Source of the DNA: Myxococcales bacterium
GTDB lineage: Bacteria > Myxococcota_A > Polyangia > Palsa-1104
Length of the DNA stretch: 64,000 nucleotides
Assembly (NCBI GenBank): GCA_003170275.1
Contig: PNAM01000053.1
Location: 1 to 64,000, forward strand
Direction of reading: 5' to 3'
Shown one piece after another: positions 19,427 to 29,105 of this stretch (positions are counted from its first letter, which is position 1; the number at the start of each line of letters is the position of its first letter). The notes below the pieces were generated by a model that ran no database searches, was not told the DNA's origin, and saw only the letters and a list, made by a program, of their open reading frames with translations. The translations under genes and the position numbers were made by a program.

Positions 19427-19954
19427 ATGAGGAGCGGCGGTACCCCACTGGCGCTCGGTTTGGCGCTTCTGGGCATTTCGGGTTGCGATCCGGTGCTCGA
19501 GGACCGAATCGCGCAGCTCGGCCCCGAAACACCGGGCGTACGGCCCGGGCCGTTTCATCGGCCCGGCCAGCCGTGCCTGGCGTGTCACGGCGAGGGCGGC
19601 CGAGCAAGGCCGCAGTTGAGCGTCGCTGGCACGGTCTATCGCGATCCCGCCGACACCCGACCGGTCGACAGTGCCGAGGTGATCCTGATCGACGCGACCC
19701 AGGCTCGCTATACCGCCACCACCAACTGCGTCGGCAATTTCTTCGTCACGCCAGGGGACTTTGCTCCGGTGTTGCCCTTGTGGACGACGGTGCGGCTCGG
19801 CACGTTCAGCATCGACATGGAGAGCGCAGTTCACCTGAACGGCGACTGCGCCTCGTGCCACACCGATCCGCTCGCTCGAGCGAGCGCGGGTCACGTCTTT
19901 CTCACCGATGATCCGGCGCTCATCGGCACGGTGCCGGAGGCGCGATGCAACTGA
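19427..19954 (+). CDS. Di-heme cytochrome c lipoprotein
   Basis: ISGC lipobox; CLACH and CASCH; extra His residues. Confidence 0.8.
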   Translation: MRSGGTPLALGLALLGISGCDPVLEDRIAQLGPETPGVRPGPFHRPGQPCLACHGEGGRARPQLSVAGTVYRDPADTRPVDSAEVILIDATQARYTATTNCVGNFFVTPGDFAPVLPLWTTVRLGTFSIDMESAVHLNGDCASCHTDPLARASAGHVFLTDDPALIGTVPEARCN

Positions 19955-20448
19955 GCGTTTCACTGCTGGCGCTGCTCCTGGGTGGCTGCTCGTTTCCCGA
20001 GATCGTGGCAGTCGACCAGCTCCACGTGCCCGATCGCGCGCAGTGGAAGCCAGTGGCCGATGCGATGCAGCAGAGCTGCGCGACGCTCGATTGCCACGGG
20101 CAGGTTGGGCGCAATCTGCGCTTGTACGGGGGTCAGGGCTTGCGCCTGGCCGTCGACGCCAATCCACTGGTCGATCCCACCACCGACCTCGAGTACCAGG
20201 CGGACTACGATTCAGTCATCGGGCTCGAGCCCGAGGCGCTCGACCAGGTGGTCACCGAAGCAGGTCGCGACCCCGAGCGGCTCTCGCTGGTGCGCAAGGC
20301 GCGCGGCCACGAGCGGCACGCCGGCGGAGTTCAGATGTTGGAAGGTGACCCACTCGACGTTTGTCTGGTCTCGTGGGTCTCCGGCACCACCGATACAGAT
20401 TCTTGCAATCGCGTGTCGAATGCGGCGCGGCCAAAGGCGGATCCATGA
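19945..20448 (+). CDS. Lipoprotein with an atypical CX4CH cytochrome c-like motif
   Basis: LGGC lipobox; 'SCATLDCHG' and distal 'HAGG'. Confidence 0.7.
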   Translation: MQLSVSLLALLLGGCSFPEIVAVDQLHVPDRAQWKPVADAMQQSCATLDCHGQVGRNLRLYGGQGLRLAVDANPLVDPTTDLEYQADYDSVIGLEPEALDQVVTEAGRDPERLSLVRKARGHERHAGGVQMLEGDPLDVCLVSWVSGTTDTDSCNRVSNAARPKADP

Positions 20449-21047
20449 ACACGCTGCACAAACTCGCCATCGCTCTCGTACTCGCCGCATCGGCCTGTGA
20501 AGCTCCCCCGGGGCCCAACGGCGAGTTCTGGCGGCCCTGGTACGACGATCCATCTCAGACCGGCGGCGTCGACGGGTCGGCGCGCGACGGGTCGCAGCTC
20601 GCCGGCGGCTCCTGCACGCTCTCGGTGAGCGTGACCACCGCGGCGCTGGCCGGCAATTACGCGCCGAGAAACGTGGGCGCGATCTGGGTCAGCGACGGCA
20701 GCGGCCGTTTCGTCAAGTCGCTCTATGTTTGGGGCAATCGCCGACTCTCCCACCTCAACCGCTGGATCAGTGACACCACGGCGGCCGGTCTGCCGAGCAA
20801 CCGCGTCGACGCGATCACCTCCGCCACCTTGTCTTCATTCGGAGTGCGCACCGCGCAGTGGAACTGCACCGACGTGTCGCGAACGCCGGTCCCCGCGGGC
20901 AGCTACCAGGTGTGCTTCGAGATCACCTCCTCGAATGCCGCCGGCCCGTCGGATTGCGTCCCGTTCAACGCCGGCAAAGGGGCCTTCCACGACCAGCCGC
21001 CGGACACGGCGGAGTTCCAAGGCCGCGTGCTGCAGATGGCGCCATGA
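20445..21047 (+). CDS. DUF2271-domain lipoprotein (flavinylation-substrate family)
   Basis: ASAC lipobox; 'AIWV..G.FVKSL.VWG...W', 'VDAITSAT', 'WNCTD....VPAGSY'. Confidence 0.85.
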   Translation: MNTLHKLAIALVLAASACEAPPGPNGEFWRPWYDDPSQTGGVDGSARDGSQLAGGSCTLSVSVTTAALAGNYAPRNVGAIWVSDGSGRFVKSLYVWGNRRLSHLNRWISDTTAAGLPSNRVDAITSATLSSFGVRTAQWNCTDVSRTPVPAGSYQVCFEITSSNAAGPSDCVPFNAGKGAFHDQPPDTAEFQGRVLQMAP

Positions 21048-21247
21048 CCCGGGTGTTCCTGCTGCTCGCCGCGTTGGCGGCCGCGTCGGGTTGCGCGCGC
21101 GTGCGACCCTACGAACGCGAGCGGCTCGCGCATCCCACCATGTCGCTCTCCGAGATCGCCGGCCCGGCCGAGTCGCACGTCCACGCGGTCCAGGAGGGCG
21201 CGATCGGCGGAGGCACCGGCGCCGAAGGTGGATGCGGCTGCAACTGA
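21044..21247 (+). CDS. DUF4266-domain small lipoprotein
   Basis: 'GCARVRPYERERLA...M...EGA.GG...GGCGCN*'. Confidence 0.9.
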   Translation: MTRVFLLLAALAAASGCARVRPYERERLAHPTMSLSEIAGPAESHVHAVQEGAIGGGTGAEGGCGCN

Positions 21248-22404
21248 CCCGCGTCCTCGTGATCGCCGTCGGTCTCGCTGCGGGAGCTCCGGCATCGGCC
21301 AAGCATCCCCGGATCGAGGCCGCCGCGGAGATGGCGGTCTACACCGACACGGACCACGTGACGGTGAGCTCGCCGAGCGGCTCGCTCACGGTCAGCGACG
21401 AAAAGGCGGGCTGGTCGGTGGGCGGCCACTATCTGCTGGACGCGGTGTCGGCGGCCTCGGTGGACATCGTCTCGAGCGCGTCGCCGCACTGGTCGGAGTA
21501 CCGCCATGCCGGCGGGCTCAACCTGTCCATCAAGAAACGCGGTGTGCAGGTGACCGCGACGGGCAGTGTCTCGAGTGAGCCCGACTATTTGTCGCTCTCG
21601 GCGGGCGTCATGCTGAGCGTGGAGCTGCGCGACAAGAACTTCGTTCCGTTCGTTGGCGTCAACTATATCCACGACGACGTGGGACGCACCGGCCTCGATC
21701 GCTCGCGCTGGGAGCTGTTGCAGCGGGCCGAGATTCAGGGCGGCATGACCTTCGTCATCAACCGCTCGGTGATCGCCAGCCTGCAGCTCGACGTCGACCT
21801 CGAGCGCGGCTACCTGGCCAAGCCCTATCGTTACATCCCGCTGTTCGCGCCCGGCACCGGCCGCGACGTCCCCGCCGGCGCTTCCCCCGCGCTCGTCAAC
21901 GACCTGCGCCTCGACCAGCGCCCCCTCGAGAGCCTCCCGAGCGCGCGCGACCGTTACGCGCTCACCGGGCGGATCGCGGGCCGCGTCGGACGCACCACCT
22001 TGCGGCTCGACGAGCGCGTCTACACCGACAGCTGGGGCATGTGGGCATCGACCACCGATGCCCGCGTGATGGTCGACGCCAGCAACCGCGTGCTGGTGTG
22101 GCCGCAGCTGCGCTATCACGGCCAGAGCGCGGTCGCCTTCTGGCAGCGTGCCTACGAGGTGATTCCGCTGGCGGACGGCACCACCGCGCTGCCCTCGTTG
22201 CGCGCCGGCGACCGCGAGCTCTCGACCCTGCACACGATCACCCTCGGCCTCGGGTTGAAGGCGCAGCTCACCCGCATCGGGCGCACGCCCTGGTTCTTCT
22301 CGGCGCTGGTGTCCGGCGCCTACACCCTATATCCGGACGCCCTCTACATCACCCAACGATGGTCGGTGTTCTCTTCGATGGGCCTATCGGTCGTCTGGGA
22401 GTAG
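21232..22404 (+). CDS. DUF3570-domain outer-membrane beta-barrel-like protein
   Basis: 'DAVSAASVD..SSAS', 'SSEPDYLS', 'GYLAKPYR', 'LPSARDR', 'YTDSWG', 'DRELS'. Confidence 0.85.
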   Translation: MRLQLTRVLVIAVGLAAGAPASAKHPRIEAAAEMAVYTDTDHVTVSSPSGSLTVSDEKAGWSVGGHYLLDAVSAASVDIVSSASPHWSEYRHAGGLNLSIKKRGVQVTATGSVSSEPDYLSLSAGVMLSVELRDKNFVPFVGVNYIHDDVGRTGLDRSRWELLQRAEIQGGMTFVINRSVIASLQLDVDLERGYLAKPYRYIPLFAPGTGRDVPAGASPALVNDLRLDQRPLESLPSARDRYALTGRIAGRVGRTTLRLDERVYTDSWGMWASTTDARVMVDASNRVLVWPQLRYHGQSAVAFWQRAYEVIPLADGTTALPSLRAGDRELSTLHTITLGLGLKAQLTRIGRTPWFFSALVSGAYTLYPDALYITQRWSVFSSMGLSVVWE

Positions 22405-22521
22405 GGGACTTACGGTGTGAGCCTGCCCCGCCGGGGCAAGATCAAGAAGCCACGAGTGAGAATGACATTTCTGCCGTCGTTGGTTCTCTACGCCCTCGGC
22501 GGGCGGGATAGAGTGCCACTG

Positions 22522-23319
22522 ATGAAACGAGTCGCGCTCGTCGCCCTCGGCCTTCTCCTCTCAGTCGCCGCGATCGTCGTGCTCGCCCGGAGCGACCTGA
22601 TTTGGGAGGCGTGGGCCCCCGCGTCATGCCTCTCCGGCCGGTGCTTCAACGAAGCCCTCCGTCCAGGCCCGATCCGCCAACCGGTGAACACGTGGACGAA
22701 CCTCGCCTATATCGTCGTCGGGCTCTTGATCGCGGCACCTGGCGCTGGCGCGAGCGGCTCGCCTCGCGCGCCGCTCGCGAGCCCGAAGAACCGCGTCGCT
22801 TACGGCTTGCTTGTCGTCTCGATCGGCGTGTTCAGCACATTCTTTCACGCTTCGCTCACGCTCGCGGGCGAGTGGCTCGACGTCTTCTGCATGTTTCTCT
22901 GGGCGAGTTTCGTCGCCCTTCTAAACGTCGCCCGCCTCCTCCAACTCGGCCGCGCCGCCTTCCACGCCGTCTACTGGCCGCTCAACGCCGCGTGCGGGCT
23001 CGCACTCTACGCGTTTCCCCGGAAGGGCGGCGTGACCTTCGCCGCGCTTATTGCGGCAATTCTCGCGAGCGACGCGCTCACGCGCCGGCGCTTACGGACA
23101 CGGCTCGACACGCGCTGGCTCCTATTGGCGCTCGCGACGTTCGCTGGATCTTTCGGGATCTGGCTCCTCGATCAGAACCAGCTCCTGAGCACGCCCGAAA
23201 GCCTCTTCCAGGGACACGGCTTCTGGCACTGCGGCGCCGCGGCGGCGACGGGGTGGCTCTACCTTTATTACCATTCCGAGCGCGATGTAATGGCCGACGA
23301 AAGGAGCGTCGAGTCCTGA
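22522..23319 (+). CDS. Alkaline ceramidase/CREST-superfamily membrane hydrolase
   Basis: 'NTWTNLAY', 'STFFHAS', 'HGFWH'; about 7 TM. Confidence 0.8.
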   Translation: MKRVALVALGLLLSVAAIVVLARSDLIWEAWAPASCLSGRCFNEALRPGPIRQPVNTWTNLAYIVVGLLIAAPGAGASGSPRAPLASPKNRVAYGLLVVSIGVFSTFFHASLTLAGEWLDVFCMFLWASFVALLNVARLLQLGRAAFHAVYWPLNAACGLALYAFPRKGGVTFAALIAAILASDALTRRRLRTRLDTRWLLLALATFAGSFGIWLLDQNQLLSTPESLFQGHGFWHCGAAAATGWLYLYYHSERDVMADERSVES

Positions 23320-23419
23320 GCTGCCATGCTTCGAGCACGTCGTCTGGTGCTGGCCCCTGAAAGCTCAACTCGTCGTCCGGTAGGATGCCTTCGTGAATGA
23401 AGATGCAGAAGCCGGCGTC

Positions 23420-23938
23420 TCAGGTTCCGAAATAGAACAGCACCGGCTTGGCCACTTTCGTCTTCGCTAAAAGGCCGAGCGCGTAGCCCAGCGCCGCCGG
23501 ATCGGCGGCGTTGCGGATGGGCCGCGACCACTGCTGCTCGTTGAGCGGCTTGCCGTCGGCGCCTTGCAGCGCGAAGCCGGTGGTCGAAAAATCGTCGGCG
23601 GTTCCGCCGCTCGGCTGCGACCTCCAGGTCAGGAGCGAATGCGCCGCGACGATGTCGAGCAGACGGCGCCATTCCGCTTCGCTCAGGTCGGCGCGCGCCT
23701 CTTGATAGGGCTCGCCGACGTTGCGCGAAACCACCAGCGTGAAGCGGCTTCCCTCGCGTCGCGCTACCACCCGCTCCGCCGGATCGGGCCGGCTGGTGGG
23801 CGCCATCGGCTTGCCCGGCGTGGTCCAGAAACGGAGCTCGCTGATGGCGCCAGCGCGCGGCGTCGAGGTCGAGTTGTCGCCGCGCCCGTGGCTCGGCCAC
23901 AACATGCAAACTGCGACGAGCAATCCCAAGGTGCGCAT
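23420..23938 (-). CDS. Secreted hypothetical protein
   Basis: Signal peptide from MRTLG; TAGACT box 7 nt upstream. Confidence 0.55.
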   Translation of the reverse strand: MRTLGLLVAVCMLWPSHGRGDNSTSTPRAGAISELRFWTTPGKPMAPTSRPDPAERVVARREGSRFTLVVSRNVGEPYQEARADLSEAEWRRLLDIVAAHSLLTWRSQPSGGTADDFSTTGFALQGADGKPLNEQQWSRPIRNAADPAALGYALGLLAKTKVAKPVLFYFGT

Positions 23939-24005
23939 CGAGATCAGTCTACCCGACGAGTGGCGGAGCCGTAGCAAATCGCCTCGAAATCGCAGTCGCC
24001 ACCGT

Positions 24006-25763
24006 TCAGCCGGGAATGGTCGGGCCGGTGGCCGACGGCTGATCCGCGCCGGCGCCCACCACCTCTAACAAACCGCTGCGCTCGGTGAACCCGGCGAAAG
24101 TGGCCGCCAGCGCGCGTGCTTCGGGGCGATCGGCGGGATGTTTCGCCAGCAGGCTCGTGATCAACCGATCGAGCGGATCGTCGCCGAGTGGCGGCGCGGG
24201 CGTGCCGATGTGCTGCGCCAACAGCTCGAGCGCAGATCCCTCGAACGGCCTTTTGCCGGCGCGCGCGCGGTACAAGATCGCGCCGAGCGCGTAGACGTCG
24301 CTCTTGGCGTCGGCGCCGCGGCCGCTCGCCTGCTCCGGCGAGATGTACGCGGGCGTGCCGAACACCCGGCCGACGGTGGTCATCTCGCCCGAGCCGAGCT
24401 GCTCGCCGAAGATCTTGGCCAGCCCGAAGTCGACGATCTTGGCGGTGTCGTGGTGGCCGTCGCGCTCGATGAGGATGTTGTCGGGCTTCAGATCGCGGTG
24501 CACCACGCCCTCGGCGTGCGCGGCCGCCAGCCCCTCGGCGAGCTGCAGGCCGAGCAGCGCCACCGAGCGCGCGTCCAGCCGTCCCGCGTCGCTGAGCAGC
24601 TCGGAGAGCGACTTGCCTTCGATGAGCTCCATGGTCAGAAACGGGATGCCCGGCGGCAGCTCGCCGAGATCGTGCACGATGACCACGTGCGGCGAGCGGA
24701 TGCGCATCGCCGAGCGGGCCTCGCGCGAGAACCGTTCGCCGGTGCGGCCGTCGGCGGCCAGATCGGCGTTGAGCAGCTTGACGGCGATCGGCGTGCCCAG
24801 GCGCAGGTGCCGCGCGCGGTACACGCGTCCCATGCCGCCCGAGCCGATCAGCTTCTCGATGGTGAACCGCTCGTCGAGCGTGCGCCCGGGCCAGGGATCG
24901 GCGCCGTCCACCATCGCGCCGCCGTCGAGCGGGCAGTGCGCCATCTGCACGCTCGGCCCGAGCATGGCGCCGCAGGTCCGGCACGCGCGGCAGCTCGGCC
25001 CGGCCACGCCCCCGGTCGGGCTCTCGCGAATGCGCCGGCCCCACGAGCGATCCGAATCGCGCTCTTCGAGCTCGCGCTGGCGGGTCAGCACCAGCGCGCC
25101 CAACATGACCATCGATCCCGCCGCCAGCGACGCCGGCGCCCAGGCGACGGTGGCCATCCCGAAGCGCGGCAGCACCAGCGCCAGCATCACCATGCCGAAC
25201 AAGTCGAACAGCAACACCCCGACCGCCATCCAGGCGGCCTCGCGGCGCACGCGCGCCGACCCGTGCCGGTTGATCGCAAACAGGAACGCGAGCGCCCAGC
25301 CGCCGACCAGCAAGATCCCCGCGAGCACCACCGGCAACAGCGGACCGAACGACGGCACGTAACCCTCGCCCGGCTGCCAGCGGATCCCCGCCACCACCAG
25401 CGGCGACGCCGCCAGCGCACCGACCAGCAGGGACACCGCGGCCGCCGCGCGCGTGTAGCGACGCAAGCGCACCACCGATGGGTGCGACGAGTCGCTGGCC
25501 AGCGCCGACAGCTGCTGATACAGCGCGAGGAACGCGATCCCCGCGCTGGCGTTCGCCAACCGCCCGCACAGGAGCGCGCGGGCCGCGAAACCCTCCGGCG
25601 CCGCCGTCGACAGGTAGCCCAGCCCGGAGGTCGCGGCCAGCCCGAGGTTGAGCAGCGCGAACCAGCGCGCCTGGACGGAATGGCGCTCCGCGAGGACGGC
25701 CAACAGACCGACGAGCAGCAGAAAGATGATGCCGATGAGCGACGGAACCGCAGCGCCGGTCAT
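24006..25763 (-). CDS. Ser/Thr protein kinase with an N-terminal multi-TM sensor and a Cys knuckle
   Basis: GSGGMG, AVK, HRDLKPDN, DFG, GTPAYISPE; 6-7 TM N-terminal domain; CRTC...CPLDG. Confidence 0.9.
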   Translation of the reverse strand: MTGAAVPSLIGIIFLLLVGLLAVLAERHSVQARWFALLNLGLAATSGLGYLSTAAPEGFAARALLCGRLANASAGIAFLALYQQLSALASDSSHPSVVRLRRYTRAAAAVSLLVGALAASPLVVAGIRWQPGEGYVPSFGPLLPVVLAGILLVGGWALAFLFAINRHGSARVRREAAWMAVGVLLFDLFGMVMLALVLPRFGMATVAWAPASLAAGSMVMLGALVLTRQRELEERDSDRSWGRRIRESPTGGVAGPSCRACRTCGAMLGPSVQMAHCPLDGGAMVDGADPWPGRTLDERFTIEKLIGSGGMGRVYRARHLRLGTPIAVKLLNADLAADGRTGERFSREARSAMRIRSPHVVIVHDLGELPPGIPFLTMELIEGKSLSELLSDAGRLDARSVALLGLQLAEGLAAAHAEGVVHRDLKPDNILIERDGHHDTAKIVDFGLAKIFGEQLGSGEMTTVGRVFGTPAYISPEQASGRGADAKSDVYALGAILYRARAGKRPFEGSALELLAQHIGTPAPPLGDDPLDRLITSLLAKHPADRPEARALAATFAGFTERSGLLEVVGAGADQPSATGPTIPG

Positions 25764-25912
25764 GCTTCGGGTCGAGTGTAACAGGAATGGTCGCGGCATC
25801 TCTGCTAGAACCGACCCATGCGCGCCTGTCTCGTGATGATCTACTCACATCTCGGCGCAGCCCTCATCGCGCTCGCGACGACGGGCAAATTGAGGTTGTT
25901 GTGACTGGGCCG

Positions 25913-26380
25913 ATGACGTACGAGTGGAACACCTCGCTGTACTTCGGCGTCAAGGTTGTCCACGTGCTGGCGATGACGCTGTGGTTGGGCGGTCCTTTCG
26001 TTGCCGTCTTTGGGGTTCGTCGTGCCTTCAACGCTGGACCTGATCTCGCGAAGGCTACGGCGGAACGGCTGCTCTCGATCACCCCTGTGTTCATCGTGTC
26101 CGCGCTGGTGACGATACTGAGCGGGGCGGTTCTGATCTTGCTGGCCGGCGGAATCTCTCGCGTGCCGGCTCGAATCCTGATCGGGGCAGCGTTGGTGGTC
26201 CCCATCTTTGCCGTCGGCGGTGCAATGAACCGCCCAGCTCTGATGAAGTTGCGCGATCACTTCGCGGCCGGCCGAGATGTCTCTACTGCCGAGCCATTCG
26301 TTCAACGGTTCCTTTGGGCACACCGCATCGAGCAGGTTCTTCGCGTGACCATCCTCGTGCTCATGGTGCTTCCGCTTTGA
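25913..26380 (+). CDS. DUF2269-like integral membrane protein
   Basis: 'KVVHVLAMTLWLGG', 4 TM, ends 'LMVLPL'. Confidence 0.65.
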   Translation: MTYEWNTSLYFGVKVVHVLAMTLWLGGPFVAVFGVRRAFNAGPDLAKATAERLLSITPVFIVSALVTILSGAVLILLAGGISRVPARILIGAALVVPIFAVGGAMNRPALMKLRDHFAAGRDVSTAEPFVQRFLWAHRIEQVLRVTILVLMVLPL

Positions 26381-26455
26381 GTCGCCCGAAGTCGACCCCC
26401 GATGACCTTGGCCACCTCGTCTGTGTGCGAACGACGCGCACGAGCCGGGCAGCGG

Positions 26456-27103
26456 CTATCTCTTGCGCAGAGCCGCGGTGGAGACTACGGCCACTTGCGT
26501 CCTTGTCGATGAGCTGGCCTGCATCACGACGTAGGCGGTGCCGACCCTGAAGAGCGAGCCGCCCTCCCGGTTCTGCGCGATCGAGTTGTCGACCTGCGTG
26601 TCTTCGCCGTGGGTGGCTAGAGTGACCTGGCACTCGCCCTGGATTTCGGAAAAGAGGTCAGGCGGCAGATCTATCGCGCCGGCGCTCTCACTTTGGAGGA
26701 ACTTCATCACCTGTGCGCGGACGGGCGCGAGCAGTCTCTTGCGCTCGTCGCCGGATTCACGAATCCGGGTCAGCTTGGCTTCACCCGCGCTGGGGCCGAC
26801 GCAGAGCACCGCCAGTTCGGAGGTCTTTGCCATCTGCCGTAGCACCGGCTCACCATCGAGCATCGACATGCTGAGCCCCAGATAAGCGGTGCGAGCGGAG
26901 GGAAGCGTGAGTTTCTCCGACTGCGCGCGGAGCACCGGACACCAAGACCGGTTGGGATCGGCGGAGCCGGGCGCGCATTTCAGCTCGGCGGCGAAGCGGC
27001 GCTTGATGTGGCCGATCGGTTCTTCGCCTTCGGGGAGCGCCGTGGCGCGGAGCGCGAAGGACAACGAAACGAGGACGGTGATGGAGATCGGTGGGGTGCG
27101 CAT
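26456..27103 (-). CDS. Secreted hypothetical protein
   Basis: Signal peptide, 215-aa ORF. Confidence 0.55.
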   Translation of the reverse strand: MRTPPISITVLVSLSFALRATALPEGEEPIGHIKRRFAAELKCAPGSADPNRSWCPVLRAQSEKLTLPSARTAYLGLSMSMLDGEPVLRQMAKTSELAVLCVGPSAGEAKLTRIRESGDERKRLLAPVRAQVMKFLQSESAGAIDLPPDLFSEIQGECQVTLATHGEDTQVDNSIAQNREGGSLFRVGTAYVVMQASSSTRTQVAVVSTAALRKR

Positions 27104-27282
27104 CGTTGCGCTTTCAGGCTACTTGAGCGACCGGCTTTGGGAAAGCGCCACGCTCGATGAATCCGATCTCCGCCTGTGACACCGATGTCACGAGGCACTA
27201 GCGAGCCGCGCCCCCGACGCGTTGCAAATCGGCGGAATGCGCGGGGGGCGAGGTGGTCCGGCACTTGCTTTACGACGGGTCC

Positions 27283-27651
27283 ATGCGAATCCTTGCGATC
27301 GTTTCGCTCTTGCTCTTCGCAGCTGCGTGCTCCACTTCGTTGAACGGCGGAAGCGATTCGGGAACGGATGGCCTGGTCGATCCGGTAGTCGGCCGTTCGT
27401 GCGGTCCCGACAATTTCTGTCCGTGCGGCTATTTCTGTCCGACGGGGAAATGCGAAGTCAACGACTTGCTTCCCGCTTCCTCTTGCGGCGACCTCGCGGT
27501 CTCCGATGGGCATGCTACCGACGGGCCGGTCGACCCGATCGTCGGTCGGGCGTGCGGGGTGGGCGCGTTCTGTCCGTGCGGCTATTTCTGTCCGACGGGG
27601 AAATGCGAGGTCGCAGACTTTCATCCTGCCTGCGGCGACGGCGGAACGTAG
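27283..27651 (+). CDS. Small lipoprotein with two tandem Cys-rich repeats
   Basis: AAAC lipobox; two copies of 'VDP.VGR.CG...FCPCGYFCPTGKCEV.D..P'. Confidence 0.7.
   Translation: MRILAIVSLLLFAAACSTSLNGGSDSGTDGLVDPVVGRSCGPDNFCPCGYFCPTGKCEVNDLLPASSCGDLAVSDGHATDGPVDPIVGRACGVGAFCPCGYFCPTGKCEVADFHPACGDGGT
27415..27608 (+). repeat. 41-bp exact direct repeat (27415-27455 and 27568-27608), period 153 bp
   Basis: TTCTGTCCGTGCGGCTATTTCTGTCCGACGGGGAAATGCGA occurs twice. Confidence 0.9.
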
Positions 27652-27687
27652 TCGGGGTACCTGAGAAATCGAGGACCGGCCGACTCG

Positions 27688-29013
27688 CTACGGAGTGAAC
27701 AACGTGCGCGTGAGCTCGTTGGCGAGCTTGTGATGCGGATCGAGCCGCGCGCGTAGCCGTTCGACATTCGCCCACGCCGCGGCATCGTAGAGTGCGCGCG
27801 GGTTGGCGAAGAACAGCTTGCCCCAGTGCGGCCGCCCCCCGAGCGCCAAGAAGCGCGGCTCGAGATCGCGGAAGAACTGCTCCCAGCCCTTGAAGCCCGT
27901 GTACGAGAGCACCTCGATCGCGCAGCTCGATCGGCCACGCAGCGGGCTCAGGTCACCGTCGCCGGCGCCGCCGACGAAGCGCAGATACGGCGGCATGTTC
28001 GGGTAGAACTTGGTTGCTGCGAGCGAGTCCTTGATCGCCTGCAGTGCGTCGTGCGTGCGCTCGATCGGCACCAGATACTCCATCGAGTACACCTTTTGGT
28101 GGCCCGGAAAGCGATGGAAGACGTGGTCTGATCGATCGGTGGTGGTCTGGTCGGGAAACAGGGACGGCTCGACCTTGTTGAGCAGCTTCTTGATGCCCGG
28201 GATCTTGCCCACGGTGGCCAGCCCGAACTGCCCGATCCAGGTGCGCACGACCCACTCCTCGATCGGATCGCGCGCCGGGTGGGTGACGTGGATCGGCGCG
28301 TCGGTGCGGTGATAGGTGCGCAGGAACACCTTGTGCTCGGTCACAAACCAGAACATGTCGACGTGCTGGTTGTCGGCCACGCGCTGTTCGATTCCCTCGA
28401 ACGCTTGCTTCTCGTCGACGACCCGCTCGTAGATCTCGAGGTTGAACGCCGGCACCAATCGGAAGGTGATCGAATAGATCACGCCCAGCGTGCCGAGCCC
28501 GACGCGCGCGGCGCGTAGATCATCAGGCGAGTCGAGGGTCACGAGCTGCCCCGCCCCATCGATCACGTCGAGCGCGACGACCTCCTCGGAGAACGCGCCG
28601 TGCGCAAGCCCGGTGCCGTGCGACGCGGTGGCGATCGCGCCGCCGACGGTGATCTCGGAGATGGTCGGCTCGGTGGCCAACGCGAGCCCGTGCTGCGCGA
28701 CGAGCTGGTCGAGATCTTTCAAGCGCATGCCGGCCTCGACCCTGATGCGCCGCGCGCCCTCGTCGACCGAGAGCAGGCGCGTGAGCGATCGCGTGTCGAC
28801 GAGCACCTCGTCGGTGCACACCAACTTGCTCCAAGAATGGCCCGCGCCGGCGACGCGCAGGTGCGCCGAGGTCCGCACCACGTCGCGCAACTCGGCGAGC
28901 GTGGCGGGCCGCGCGATCCGCTTCGGCTGACAGCGCTCGTTACCCGCCCAATTGGACCACCCCGCGCAGCCCGCGAGCACCAGCCACGACCACGCGAAGA
29001 CGACGCACCTCAC
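27688..29013 (-). CDS. FAD-linked oxidase, ALO/L-gulonolactone oxidase family
   Basis: 'WSNWAG', GAGHSWS, 'GGAIATASHGTG', SMEY, 'GGRPHWGK'. Confidence 0.9.
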   Translation of the reverse strand: MRCVVFAWSWLVLAGCAGWSNWAGNERCQPKRIARPATLAELRDVVRTSAHLRVAGAGHSWSKLVCTDEVLVDTRSLTRLLSVDEGARRIRVEAGMRLKDLDQLVAQHGLALATEPTISEITVGGAIATASHGTGLAHGAFSEEVVALDVIDGAGQLVTLDSPDDLRAARVGLGTLGVIYSITFRLVPAFNLEIYERVVDEKQAFEGIEQRVADNQHVDMFWFVTEHKVFLRTYHRTDAPIHVTHPARDPIEEWVVRTWIGQFGLATVGKIPGIKKLLNKVEPSLFPDQTTTDRSDHVFHRFPGHQKVYSMEYLVPIERTHDALQAIKDSLAATKFYPNMPPYLRFVGGAGDGDLSPLRGRSSCAIEVLSYTGFKGWEQFFRDLEPRFLALGGRPHWGKLFFANPRALYDAAAWANVERLRARLDPHHKLANELTRTLFTP

Positions 29014-29105
29014 CCTTGTGAGTTAGGCACCGGCGACGAGCGATCAAGGCGCTCGCTCGGTAGGCGAGCGGGAGCCACGGCACAGTACGTGAATGGGATC
29101 TGGGA

